64,000 nt of DNA, taken from contig CBDBCZ010000009.1 in NCBI GenBank assembly GCA_965203295.1, positions 256,001 to 320,000 on the forward strand, in the 5' to 3' direction. The notes beneath the pieces are model-generated. The model searched no databases, was not told where the DNA came from, and saw only the letters and a program-made list of their open reading frames with translations. This DNA is from Nitrospirales bacterium (GTDB lineage: Bacteria; Nitrospirota; Nitrospiria; Nitrospirales; UBA8639). A program made the position numbers and the translations under genes. Positions 23,350-36,106 of the stretch are shown one piece after another; the first letter of the stretch is position 1, and each line of letters begins with the position of its first letter.

Positions 23350-26300
23350 TAGTCACATTAATTGCCGCATCTTTAGCTTGTTTTCGGAGAGTTTCCATTC
23401 TCCTCTTCTCTTCTTACTACCCCTCTTCTTCATATGGGGTGTTTGAGGCTTAGCCTAGTGCTAGGGGTTGCAGATGGGGAGTAGGCACATGCTGACATGT
23501 GGCAACTGCTTCTTTGTGCATTTACAGCAGTGCTACGGTCAAGGCAGGCAATCCTAGAGTGGATTACTCCATGAAGCTGGTGTAGGAGTCTTCCGCCAGC
23601 GTTTTGTACATGTGGAATCATCAGAAGAGCAAACACGGCTTGTTCCTTTTGTAGTCCCACTTTGGGGCATAAGGTGAGGGGTTTGATGACTAGCACTCTC
23701 CAACCTTGAAATGAACTGGTGGACTTGAGGAGGGAGTCAGATAGCATTGTTATACACACTAAACACTGTACCATGCTTTCTGAACTTTGTTTTTCCAATT
23801 TGTCACAATAATTGCCGTACCTTCGGTTTCTGTTTTCGGAGAGTTTCCATTCTCCTCTTCTCTTCTTACTACACCTCTCCTTCATATGTATGGGGTGTTT
23901 GAGGCTCAGCCTAGTGCTAGTGATAGTGATAGTGGTTGCAGAAAGGGAGTAGGTGAATTCTTTGGGGTATTGTTGTACAGGTTCCTTTGGCTTTCTCTGA
24001 GGGAAGCTCATAACTTCTCATTAATGTTGCATTTGGATAACAAGAGGAGGCCACCTCTGTAAATACATACATATGTATGTGCAAGCTGTGGGGAAACCAA
24101 TACAGGCGGCAAACCATCTCTGTAATTACATACATAAAAATGTGCAAGCAATAGGTAATGAAAACAGGAAGCAAAACCTCTCTGCGTGATTTAACTTTTC
24201 TGGTCGGATCCTCTACAGCAAAGAGAAGGCTGAGAACATGCCATAAGTACGCCAATGATCAGCTATTGCACCCTTCAACAATTTCAGCTTCAGATAGTAG
24301 CAACAAATACATCTCTCCTTTCACTGTATCACCACATTCAAGCAGGGGGACGCTGACAATTTCTTGTACGTAGAACGTAACTGAAATGCAAGTTCTGATC
24401 ATGTTAGAGTGCCACAAAGTTTAATACCCATTACTATAGTAATTGTATTGACAGTATAATTGAAGCCACAAGTGGAAACTGGTTATAGTACACGAAGTGC
24501 TAGTCAACATTCCACAGTCTACATACGTACATTATGCTTTTGGTAGAAGTAGTATAGTAGTGCCATGTATGGGAAAGTACATGTATTGAAGCTGTAAAAG
24601 CGCTGTTATGGGGAATGGATATTACGTAGATCTCAGCTGATTCCATAGTTTACCTCCGGGAATGTCTAAGGTTGCAGGGTCTGCCTCCAGGAGGAGGGCC
24701 AGATGTTGGAGTACGCTAACTGCTTCAAGTTCAATGCAGGTGCACACCATTCCGAGCGATTTCCTCCGATTAGTAGCTGCTAGGCTGTGCACGGATGGAT
24801 CTGTGTAAGTCAAGTAGTCAAGAATCTTTGACAATACAAATGGTTCTATCGACAGGTTGAGAGTGGGTTCGAGAATAAGCTCGTCCTGATCACATACATG
24901 GCGGTCTGTGAGCAGTTTCTTTAGGCCTGGCACCTTTAGGGAGGCCAGCTTGTTGGTGCATAAACTTCGAGAAGCCACCTTGATAACGATAGGCTCAAAC
25001 TGAAGAGCAATAAATAAGCTTATAGTGTTTGCATCTACAGCTGTACTGGAAGTGCAGTTATGTCAGACTGTACCTAATTATTGGGCAAGTAGAAGTCTCC
25101 AGCAAACTTGAATGAACGTCACTTCGGATTCAGTACTACTCAGGCCTTTGTATGTAAATTTTACCTTTTCAATGGCAATTGTACTGTCCATGGCTACACA
25201 TCCAACATCAGGCTCTGACATGACAACAGCACAGCTCTGTCTCTCAAACACGTGCCTGTTTGGAATTTCCCATTACATGCTTCATTAGGAGACTGTAAAT
25301 CATGAGAGGATAATGGCCAGACATGTGGCACTGCTTCTGTGTGCATTTACAGCAGTGCTACGGTCAAGGCAGGCAATCCTAGAGTGGATTACTCCATGAA
25401 GCTGGTTTAGGAGTTTTCCGCCAGTGTTTTGTAGAATAGCTACGTACATGTGGAATCATCAGAAGAGCAAGCACGGCTTGTTCCTTTTTGCAGCCCCACA
25501 TTGGGACATAAGGTGAGGGGTTTGTTGACTAGCACTCTCCCAACCTTGAGATAAACTGGTGGACTTGAAGAGGGAGTCAGATATCAGTGTTGTACACACT
25601 AAACACTGTTCCATGCTTTCTGAACTTTGTTTTTCTGACTAGTCTCATTAATTGCCGTACCTTCGGTTTCTGTTTTCGGAGAGTTTCCATTCTCCTCTTC
25701 TCTTCTTACTACACCTCTCCTTCATATGCAGTGTTTGAGGCTCAGCCTAGTGCTAGTGATAGTGCTAGTGGTTGCAGATAGGGAGTAGGTGAATTCTTTG
25801 GGAGAGGAGGATTTAGTATCGTACAGGTTCCTTTGACTTTTTTTTGCGGAGACCTTATCTGGCATTTTCTGTTCTGAGTCTAACTTCAAGAATTTCCCAG
25901 GGAGTGCCCCATTGCAGGCTTTCATGAGGAATCCGGAAACCATGAGAGCACAATGGCCAGCCTTGGACGTCATTTACAGCAGTGTTCTCTTAACGGTCAA
26001 GGCAGGCAATCTTACTCCATGAAGCTGGTTTAGGAGTCTTCTGCCAGTGTTTTGTTACATAGCAGTACATGTGGAAGCAAACATGGCTTCTTCATGGTTC
26101 CTTATTGCAGTGGACATAAGCTGAGGGGGATTATGGGGTTTGTTGACTAGCACTCTCCCAACCTTGAGATAAACTGGTGGACTTGAAGAGGGAATTAGAT
26201 AGCAGTGTTGTACACACTAAACATTGTTCCATGCTTTCTGAACTTTGTTTTTCCGATTAGTCTCATTAATTGCCGTACCTTCAGTTTCTGTTTTCGGAGA

Positions 26301-29156
26301 GTTTCCATTCTTCTCTTCTCTTCTTACTACACCTCTCCTTCACATGTATGGGGTGTTTGAGGCTCAGCCTAGTGCTAGTAGTTGCAGATAAGGAGTAGGT
26401 GAATTCTTTGGGGAGGAGGATTTAGTATCGTACAGGTTCCTTTGGCTTTCTGTGGGGAAGTTCATCTCACTCATTTACTGTGCTGAGTCTAGCTTCATTA
26501 ATGTAAATTTAACAGGAGGTAACCATCTCTGTAATTACATACATACAAGCAATAGGTAGTAAAAACAGGAGGCAAACCTTCTCTGCGTGATACATCTACT
26601 TAACCTGGAAAACCCATACTTTCTTGTTTTCACATCTGGCAATGGGACCACCACATTTGCTGCAGGAATAATTTGCGGAGGTGGTGGAGGCGGCAGCTGA
26701 GGAATGGGGTCCATTTTCAAAGCCCTAAATGTTGGTGGCAGGTCCTTGAAGTTAACTTCTCTGGTCGGATCTTCTACAGCAAAGAGAAGGCTGAGAGTGG
26801 GAATAACAAAAGACGGACCAGCAAATACATTACAATGTAGTTTTAGAATGGGAGTATCCCAGTATAACATACGTAAGTGCACCAATGGTCAACTCTTGTG
26901 CCCTTCAACAATTTCAGCTTCAGATAGTAGCCACAAATACATCTCTTCTTTCACTGTATCACCACATTCAAGCAGGGGGATGCTTAGATGGCGGAGGGGG
27001 GGAGGGGTCATTCTCCAGTTCCCTTTACGCAAAGCACGTTGTGAAGATTCATCTTTTCCATTTATGACATTGCTTTGAAACCCTCCGAAATCACTATTAG
27101 TAGTATTCTTTCACTGACCACTTCATGTATTGACAATTTCTTGTACGTAGAACTTACCTAATGTGCAAGTTCTGATCATGTTAGAGTGCTACAAAGTTTA
27201 ATATCCTTTGCTATAGTAATTCCATAAGTGGAAACTGGTTATAGTACACGAAGTGCAGTCAACATTCCACAGTCTACATGCCTACATTATGCTTTTGGTA
27301 GAAGTAGTATAGCAGTACCATGTATGGCAAAGTATTGAAGCTGTAAAAGCACTGTTACGGGTAATGGATATTGATGTTACCTGACAATAGATTGCAGCCA
27401 GTTTCGTAGTTTATCTCTGGGAATGTCAAAGGCTGCAGGGTCTACCTCCAGGAGGAGGGCCAGATCTTGGAGTACTCTAACTGCTTCAAGTACGTACTAA
27501 GCAAGTGTACACCATCAAACAATTCCCTCCAATTAGTAGTTGCTAGGCTTTGTACAGGTGAATCTGTGTAGGTCAAGTAGCCAAGAACCTTTAGCAGTAC
27601 AAATGGTTCTATCAATAGCTTGACAGTGGGTTCGAGAATAAGCTCGTCCTGATCACATACATGGCGGTCTGTGAGCAGTTTCTTTAGGCCCGGCACCTTC
27701 AGGAAGGCCAGCCTGTTGGTGCATAAACTTCGAGAACCCACCTTGATGACAATAGGCTAAAATTGAAGAGCAATAAATATACTTACAGTGTTTGCATCTA
27801 CTGCACTGAAAGTGCAGCAGTTATATCAGACTGTACCTAATTATTGAGAACTGTTGGCAACTAAAAGTCTCCAGCAAACTTGAATGAACGTCACTTCGGA
27901 TTCAGTACTACTCAGGCCTTAGTATGTAAATTTTACCTTTTCAATGGCAATTGTACTGTCCATGGCTACACATCCGATGTCAGGCTCTGGCATGACAACC
28001 GCACGGTACAGGCAGCTACATTCAGCTCTAATTCTCAAACACGTGCCTGTTTGGAGTTTTCCATTACAGGCTTTCATGAGGAGTCTGTAAATTATCATTT
28101 ACAGCAGTGCTACAGTTGTTTTTCCAATTAGTCACATTAATTGCCGCAGCTTTAGTTTCTCTTTTCGGAGAGTTTCCATTCTCCTCTTCTCTTCTTACTA
28201 CCCCTCTTCTTCATATGGGGTGTTTGAGGCTTAGCCTAGTGCTAGTGGTTGCAGATAGGGAATAGGCACATGCTGACATGTGGCACTGCTTCTTTGTGCA
28301 TTTACAGCAGTGCTACGGTCAAGGCAGGCAATCCTAGAGTGGATTACTCCCCGAAGCTGGTTTAGGAGTCTTCCGCCAGTGTTTTGTAGAATAGATACAT
28401 GTGGAATCATCAGAAAGGCAAACACGACTTGTTCCTTTTTGCAGCCCCACTTTGGGGCATAAGGTGAGGGGTTTGTTGACTAGCACTCTCCAACCTTGAA
28501 ATGAACTGGTGGACTTGAGGAGGGAGTCAGATAGCATTGTTATACACACTAAACACTGTACCATGCTTTCTGAACTATTGTTTTTCCAATTAGTCACATT
28601 AATTACCGTACCTTCGGTTTCTGTTTTCGGAGAGTTTCCATTCTCCTCTTCTCTTCTTACTACACCTCTCCTTCATATGCAGTGTTTGAGGCTTAGCCTA
28701 GTGCTAGTGCTAGTGCTAGTGGTTGCAGATAGGGAGTAGGTGAATTCTTTGGGGGTGGATAATTACCATGGTACAGGTTCCTTTGACTTTTTTTGCGGAG
28801 ACCTTATCTGGCATTTTCTGTTCTGAGTCTAACTTCAAGAATTTCCCAAGGAGTGCCCCATTGCAGGCTTTCATGAGGAATCCAGAAACCATGAGAGCAC
28901 AATGGCCAGCCTTGGACATCTTGGCTACATTTACAGCAGTGTTCTCTTAACGGTCAAGGCAGGCAATCTTATTCCATGAAGATGTGGAATCATCAGAAGG
29001 CTTCTTCATGGTTCCTTATTGCAGCAGACATAAGCTGAGGGGGATTATGGGGTTGATGATTAGCACGCTCCAACCCTGAGGGGGGATTCAGATACCAGCG
29101 TTGTACACACGCTAAACATTTACACCGTGCTCTCTAAAGTTGGCTTTTCCGACCAA

Positions 29157-29804
29157 CCCTTTGAGCGTGGTACTTGATTATTCATAACTTCTGCGTCACA
29201 CGGAAGTCAATTAAATTTTTGTCTACGTTGCATGTGTTCGCAGTTTTGTAGAGTTGTACGTAGGCTATTTTTCGTGCTGAATGGCAACACTGGAAGCCAG
29301 GTGGTGTAAAACTATCGTTGTTTAGTGTATAGCTGGTGTGCTAAAGTCTCTACTATTGCAGAAGAGTGAATACAAATGGCAGCACTAAAGCTAACCTTGG
29401 TAGTCACCATTTTCATGTGTCTGTCCCCTCAACTACAGTGGTGAGTCACTTCATGCCAGTTCTGTTGCTAAGTGCTGGATCTGGCCTCGTGCTCTGACTG
29501 CAGCCATACTCAGCGTTTTTGGCTTCAAAAGCCTTTTAGATGTTAACCGTGCCTTTGCCGTGTACTTACTGTGCTACACAGCTAAGCGTCTGGTCGGTGC
29601 TTCGAACGACTTGTGGCGGGGGCGGAGCTTTAGATCGATTGCTAAAGACCGTAGGGTTATCCCCCTAAAGCGTCATGCGTGCCATTAAATTGGAAGGGTC
29701 TGACCCGTAGCACTGATTAGGCGAGCGTATATTTACGCTCGCCATAATACGCGGAAGTAATTTCGAGCGTATATATAAGCTCGCCGTGTTCACTGTTCAG
29801 AGGG
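29157..29804. mobile_element. Possible piggyBac-type MITE
   Basis: CCCTTTGAGCG ... TGTTCAGAGGG imperfect inverted ends with degenerate TTAA flanks. It interrupts an array unit. Confidence 0.4.
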
Positions 29805-30849
29805 TAAATTACCGCACCTCTTTTCAGAGAGTTTCCATTCTCCTCTTCTTTTCTCCTTGCTACACCTCTCCTTCACATGGGGTGTTTGATCGCTATTTTT
29901 TATTTGTTATCACTAAACTAAGAATAGGGATCATTCAGTAAATATATATATCCCTTTAAACACTAATTTAAAATTGGAATTTTTGATTGTGGGCTTTTTT
30001 TTAAATATAACTTCTTAGTTCGCTATTCGAATCCCACCACACACTGCTTTTATAGCAAGTTTTCCATAGCTACTGTAATCCTCCAAGTATTCCGTTAGAT
30101 AGATAGATAGATAGATAGAAATTTTAATTTGTCAGTCAGGAATGCCACATCTACACAAAGTGAAGGTTTTCATGCGGGTCCTGGATACAAGAAAAGAGCA
30201 AAAGTCGGGGGAGAAAAAAAAAAAAAAAAAATCAGTAAGCATCACATAGGATGAAGGACACTCAATCTCACAGTGCTTCGCAAAACCTCTGGCGCTATAC
30301 CATTTCATAGTACTGCTCGTGGACAGCTGCTGTGTGGCTCATCTGTTTCGTTATGAGCTTCACTTCTTGACTTGTGGAACACTGCAGGGTAGCTGCTGTG
30401 CTTCCGATCTTTCGCACCCTGGTGGCTGTGAATGGGCTGGTCCAAGTTGCATTTCTATGCGTGCTATGAAAGTAACACGCATTCAGAGACATGCATTCGT
30501 CACTGCACAGGCACAAGATGTGGTGTATACAAACAGCTTGCTTGGCTCTTTTAGTCGAGATTCTAGCAGAACAAACGTTGCTACAGCTAAAAAAGAAAGG
30601 ATGGTAAGTAACTCCCTCTGATAGCTTTGAAAAACTAGTTGTCTAAATTTGAGTTCAATATATTTTGCTGGTATACAACAGACGAAAACACTGTCGCACA
30701 TTAGTTGTCGAAGTCTGTATTGATTCTGTAGTGGTGTCACTGATGGCATAGTCTATCAGTTTCTCGGCTAGACTGCTCTGCAGATGAGTCATAACCACCA
30801 AAGGTGCTGATCATTATATTGTCCACTTGTTGCTCAGTATCTCCATCTG

Positions 30850-32100
30850 AATCTGAGTCACTATCACAGTCTTCAGCCTCATCCACTTCAATGTCTTGAC
30901 TAGGATTTGCTGGTAGATTACATCACCTGAGGCACTTGCATCCTGGCCCACAGAGATTGCCACCCTTCTTGCACTTACAATGGGCCGAAAGGCAACCAGT
31001 CTTACAACCACAACAACTACAACCCTTCTTGATGAGAGCAACAGTTGTCCTCACTTGAAACATGTTACGGTCGCTCAACAATAAGTGTGGTGGGATCTGG
31101 CTGCTTCCATTCATTGCCACGTAAGGATGGGTAATGGATGTCATTGTGTGTTGCCTATCTCCACACCGACACTACCCAGCACTATCTCATCCAGTTCCTC
31201 TGTAGAACATCATTGGATGGTATTATCTCTTCTTCATATTTAATCCTACTCCAAATTCTTTCCCTTAAGAAGTCCTGCCTAGCAGTGTGATGTGTGAAAG
31301 AACTCTGACTATCTTTCGCCAGTGCATTAAAGCGAGTCAGTGGTGTCGGGTATGATAATAGGAATGCTGTTTTGTGTTTTCTAAAGAAGGCCGGCACCCA
31401 ACTAGTTTAAGTAAGGCTTGAGAGTCAGGGTCTATGTCTGCCAGTGTGCCTGTAGCGCGATCAGTATTGAGCAAATGAACCCACAGCACTCGAAGAGAGC
31501 GCTTAGAAATGAAGCTTTTTCAAAGCCAGTAAAGAACAATATAAAGTCTCAATCAGTGTATGCATATAGAACTTGTACTGCAATGGAGATAGTAATGGAG
31601 GAATAGAAGCCTTATCTGGTCCATTAGCAAGTGCACTTATGAAGGCTTGCGTATGTAATTCCTGTGAAAAGAACGGACTTAGCTGCACAAGGGCATTAAA
31701 AAGCGTCCCAGCAACAGTAAGTGAGCCGACATTGTAAACATCAGTGTACATACAACCTTGTTTTGGCCGGCAGAATTCCCAACATGTAGCCAGACTCTTG
31801 ATCACCCTCCAGCTGTAACAATCTTCTGCTGTGGTTGCAGTTTCAACTGATTAACTTTTCTCTAGAGAGTAGTGGGAAAGAAGGAGCAAAGATTTCTCTT
31901 ACACTTTCTGCAGTTAAGAAAGGGAATTTAATAATATCTTTTCGTTCAATTGACTCCCTCCACGGGCCACTCTTTCCACCCTGCCGTTGTTTGCATACCT
32001 TCCAGGTGCCAGAGTACGATCCCATCCACCATTCAGTATCCACAGATGAAGGACTACGTAGGTGTGCTAACAACTTGAGCAATCTGAGGAATTTCGTGCC
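30850..32100 (-). pseudogene. Decayed Academ-type transposase C-terminal region with Cys-rich (CXC/tesmin-like) tail
   Basis: KKGCSCCGCKTGCLSAHCKCKKGGNLCGPGCKC, preceded by AFFRKHKTAF and ERIWSRIKYEEEIIPSNDVL. Many frameshifts. Confidence 0.5.
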
Positions 32101-32179
32101 AGGTTTTCACAAAATCCAGTCATAATTTTGACTTGTTTGCTCTATTCTTTCTCTAAGTTGGTGAGTGAAAAGAATCTTA

Positions 32180-32363
32180 CATATATGGCATTTGGGTGAT
32201 TTTCATCGAGTAACTGCACCCCCGCTGTTCTCGCAGGGGTTGCATTGCTTTTTTTTAACTCCTCCTTCTTAAACAGCAGTACAGTTAGCTTGTTTACAAG
32301 ATCTGCAGGACTTTTACCGCAGTCTGCCGCTGTGAATGATTCCTTTGTGATTTTGTATGACAA
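32180..32363 (-). pseudogene. BEN-domain-like exon fragment
   Basis: LVNKLTVLLFKKEELKKSNATPARTAGVQLLDENHPNAI resembles the BEN pattern LxxLFxxEELxxSN...LDxxxxxAI. Confidence 0.5.
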
Positions 32364-33709
32364 TAGGCTCCTTGGACAAATTCAGTACTTCTTGTGCATT
32401 ACATTTGCTGTTGTTGAAAGGTTTGATGTAGTTGAGCAGTGTACTGCTCATTTCTCTTTGCCTTCGTGTGTTTCAAGTCTGAATTCAGTCATTGTTCCTG
32501 TGTGGATTGCTTTCCCTCTGCATGTAGATCTTGTGGATGATAATAGTATAAGGTATTAATGTTTAATAATCAAATGATGCTATACAAGTTAGGTTTTGTA
32601 ACGTCTCCATTGGAGACTAAATTTTGTTATTTTCTTTGTTCTTCTGCCTCAGAGTATCTTTTCTGTTATGAAGTGTTCAGTCATGCGAATGCTAGCTGTT
32701 TTAAATTAGCTATATAACTACTACTCATTGCTGTCTCCACTCCTCGCACAGCATACACTAGCCACATACGCGTGTAGTGAATTTCCGCATATGCGCGTAG
32801 ACGGTGTACGTGACCAATCCATCGAACTTACGTAGAGTTCGTAAGAATACGTGCTGTATGCGTGTTGTCAGCCGCAACTACAAACTTCTCCTTGCGCTAC
32901 GCCACTGCGGACAGCTGTGTATGTATGCTGCCTTATGCGGACGGATGCAGTGTTTTATACACAGATAACTCTAGGAAACTCTATGCACTGTTTGAGATGG
33001 CTATACTGGTACTACTAGCAAATGCAACTCACTTCTTCCAGCATTCTATCTGTAACCTTCTATTTCTGATTCTTTCATCTAAACCTCCTTTTAGTCAACG
33101 AACACTTTCAACATTTTAGTAGTTTGACACTAGACTCAACTCTGTATTCAAATTCTTTTTGTCTAAATCGACAAGCTGGCAATAAATTCGTGGTCGCTTT
33201 GGGTCAGGTCAATAATCAGCGGTGCGTCGATGGTAGCTCTGTGTACAGATGGGAGTGGGAGCCACACTACCTTTTCCTCGCATTTGAAGCAGAGCTGCAT
33301 GCAAAACCCTATTATAGGGTTGTGCGGAAGGTAATGCCCCCAGATAATGGCGCATTGCTTGGTGTGCTTGGGTAGTACGTAGCTCCTTTGAATTGGAGCC
33401 AGGCACACGAGGAACTGCTCATTGAGGGGTGGGGTCAACTGTGGTGAGGGTGGTCGTGTACCTGCACTGCCCATCGTCAATGTGCGTGTGGCTCAATTGA
33501 GAATCGATGCTCTCATTAAAGGCAGGGCTATCACCAATATTACAGCCAGTCTCACATTCTGAGTAATCATAGTGATGAGCTTGGGCGGGTTGAAAATTAT
33601 CTGTATCAGAATCATAGTCACCACAATCTTGAGCGTTCTCGGATTTATCCATGGACTGTATAAAGAAAGTTTGCAGTGCTATCTATTATTACGCCTGGTT
33701 GTGTCCGTT

Positions 33710-36106
33710 CTCATCGCCCTTCAGGAAAGGGGGAGGCCTCCGGCTTCGATCTATTTATTTGAATTGCTGCCTCGCAACACAGAGGTTTAGCATTCTCAAC
33801 TGACATGGTAGATCGTGTTCTAAATCATCCACTGTTAGAAGAATACCACGGTTCTCTTATCCCTACAGACCTCTTCCAATGTAGGTTTAGAGCTTCTCTT
33901 GATACCATATTGGGTCTGTTCTGCCAATAATAAAGGAACCTATTCATAGCTATGGTAAGGCATGCAAATGCGGCACACAGTCTCATTTACAGGGCAAAAC
34001 CGAACTCTTTAAATACTAACAGACAACCAAAATGACCTAACACATTGCACAACATTCAAGAAAAACTCATGTGATATAAACAAACTATTCAGGCAAAAGG
34101 GAGGTTAGCAGACATACAGTATTGGCCTAAAAAGAAATTACCTAAGAGAGAAATACCTGATAGAGTCAGGTAGGACCAGGTGACAGGAAATCACATGAGT
34201 AGCAAGCATGTGAGCCCTGACTACATGACTACATAAATCAACTGAATAGAGCCATAAACATCTAGCTATACAGCAAAGAGGTGACAACTACAACAAACGA
34301 AACACATCATAAACCAGGCATCATGCTACTACAAAACCTCAAACGTAACCAAATAAGGACATATGGGGAATAATGTACCAATATGCACAAATTAATAACT
34401 AAACAAGCTTCCTGGATGGCTAGTCCATCACACTCCTTCCCCCTTCTCCCGCAACAAACTGGTTTGTTGCCTATAACCAAGTCCTAGCTTAGGTAACCGT
34501 GTCCCTTGTGAACTTCTTCACTAAACGTATAGCCTCTTCACGTTCTTTCCATTGTACTTCTTTGCACCTGTAATAAGTAGTTGATATAAGGAAACCAATA
34601 TCACCAAAATCATGTCCCAATAGAATCGGCCGGGGCAAAGTAGATGAAAGTCCGGCTCTGACAAAGCGGGCGACTCCACCAACATTCACCCGGATGATGG
34701 CAGTTGGGTAGTCCAACATATCTCCGTGTACATATCTTGAGCACAAACGTCGCCTATTCTCAATCTTCCTGGCGGGGACCAGACACCTGTGTGCAACAAG
34801 CCGGTCTGGCTCGCGATCGTAACGTTCTCAAAGATAGCCTTCAAAACATCATAATAACTCAACACACTCTGACTTCTTACAAAAACTGAAAGGATGATAT
34901 ATCTCAGTGGGCGCAAGGGGGGCCCTCACACAAAGGATACAACACAATGGGCTGGCCTACAGAGTACAAAGTTCAATTATTACATTTGCACCAGGGTTTG
35001 CGAGCAGCCGGTATCCAGTATCATCTCTCCTCTGGCCCTCAACTTTCCGCATGCAGCAAAATTCACCCTGCCTTTTCTGGCCAGTATTCCTATGAGGGGC
35101 TTTCTTCTGCTCCCTTTGCAAGCTTCGACTGCAAAAATAACTAGAGTGCCCCTTTTCCGAATCTCCTTGTCCTAGCAGTGCACTGCGGGGACACTTCATG
35201 GCAATGTGACCCGTACGTCCACAGTTAAAGCAACGCACCTCCCTGCCTTGTGCCCAGGCTTGTTGTTGGTGCTCTCTGTTGGCCCTGGGGCCTCTCCTGC
35301 AGTCCCTGGCAAAATGACCAGCCATCCCACAATTATGACATCACCGCACCTCCTGGGGCGTCTGTCTGTCTTCTTTCTTCACTTCCTCTTTAGTAGTCAC
35401 CTTCTCTCTCTGCTCGTGCTCACCCCCTACAACTGTTACACCTAAAAACTGCTTCCTTTGCCTTGCTCATACATGTGTCTGCCAGCTTTCCGGCCTCCGC
35501 AAGTGTCTTCGGTTCCCGCTCAATTACCCAAATCCTGGCATCATGCGGAAGTGCATTCATCCATTGCTCCAGCTTCAGCAGCTCCCGTAACTCTCCCACT
35601 GTTGTGCACTTCCTTGTCCACTTCTCGAACAAATCTTGCACACGAGTCTCCAACTCACGATACGATTCGCCATCCTTCTTCACCACCGCTCGGAAAAGCC
35701 TGCGGTAGGTCTCTTCACTGATGTCGTACCTCCGCAGTATCGCTGCCTTTACTTCCTTGTAGTCCGACGCTAGGGCCGGGTCCATGGCCGCGAAAACCTG
35801 CTGTGCCTGTCCTGTTAGCTGCAGTGCCAGCTTGTACGCCCACCTCTCCTGGCCAATTTCGTAGCCCGCCATCATACGCTCAAATGTTGTAAGATACGAC
35901 TCGATGTCGTTCTCCTCTGTCAGCTTTGGCAGTTTTACGTTCTCCTTACTCGCCGTCGCCAGTGCTCGCACCTCGGCCTGTCTGGGACTTCGGGTCTCCT
36001 CTACCAGACTTCTCAGCAGCTCCACTTGTGCCTGCATCTCGGCCTCTCGCTGCCGCCGGTCTTCCATCAACATCCGCATCATTTCCGATAAATCCACACA
36101 GGCCAA
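33710..36106 (-). mobile_element. Gmr1-like Gypsy LTR retrotransposon relic (gag + protease + PPT + 3' LTR; no RT/IN)
   Basis: Gag/SCAN-like ORF 35420-36106 (KLTEENDIESYLTTFER...LTGQAQ..DYKEVKAAILRRY). Two CCHC knuckles (CHNCGMAGHFARDC, CFNCGRTGHIAMKC) and a protease remnant (...LPRPILLGHD). PPT gggagaagggggaaggag is followed by the TGTGATGG LTR start at 34432. Distal LTR end approximate. Confidence 0.8.

Larger units (their letters stand above)
14440..29890. repeat. Nested tandem/segmental duplication array (about 15 kb)
   Basis: The anchor ttttcggagagtttccattc recurs about 13 times (near 14890, 15535, 17968, 19710, 20337, 20967, 23381, 23833, 25673, 26291, 28162, 28624, 29821), with a local period of about 620-645 bp. 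A roughly 1-kb block recurs 4 times (ORF remnants at 16766, about 21940, 24622, 27442). Confidence 0.92.

Noticed and set aside
14440..29890. CRISPR-like repeat-spacer array
   Set aside because: Units are hundreds of bp long, the intervening sequences are themselves duplicated, and the context is eukaryotic with no cas genes.
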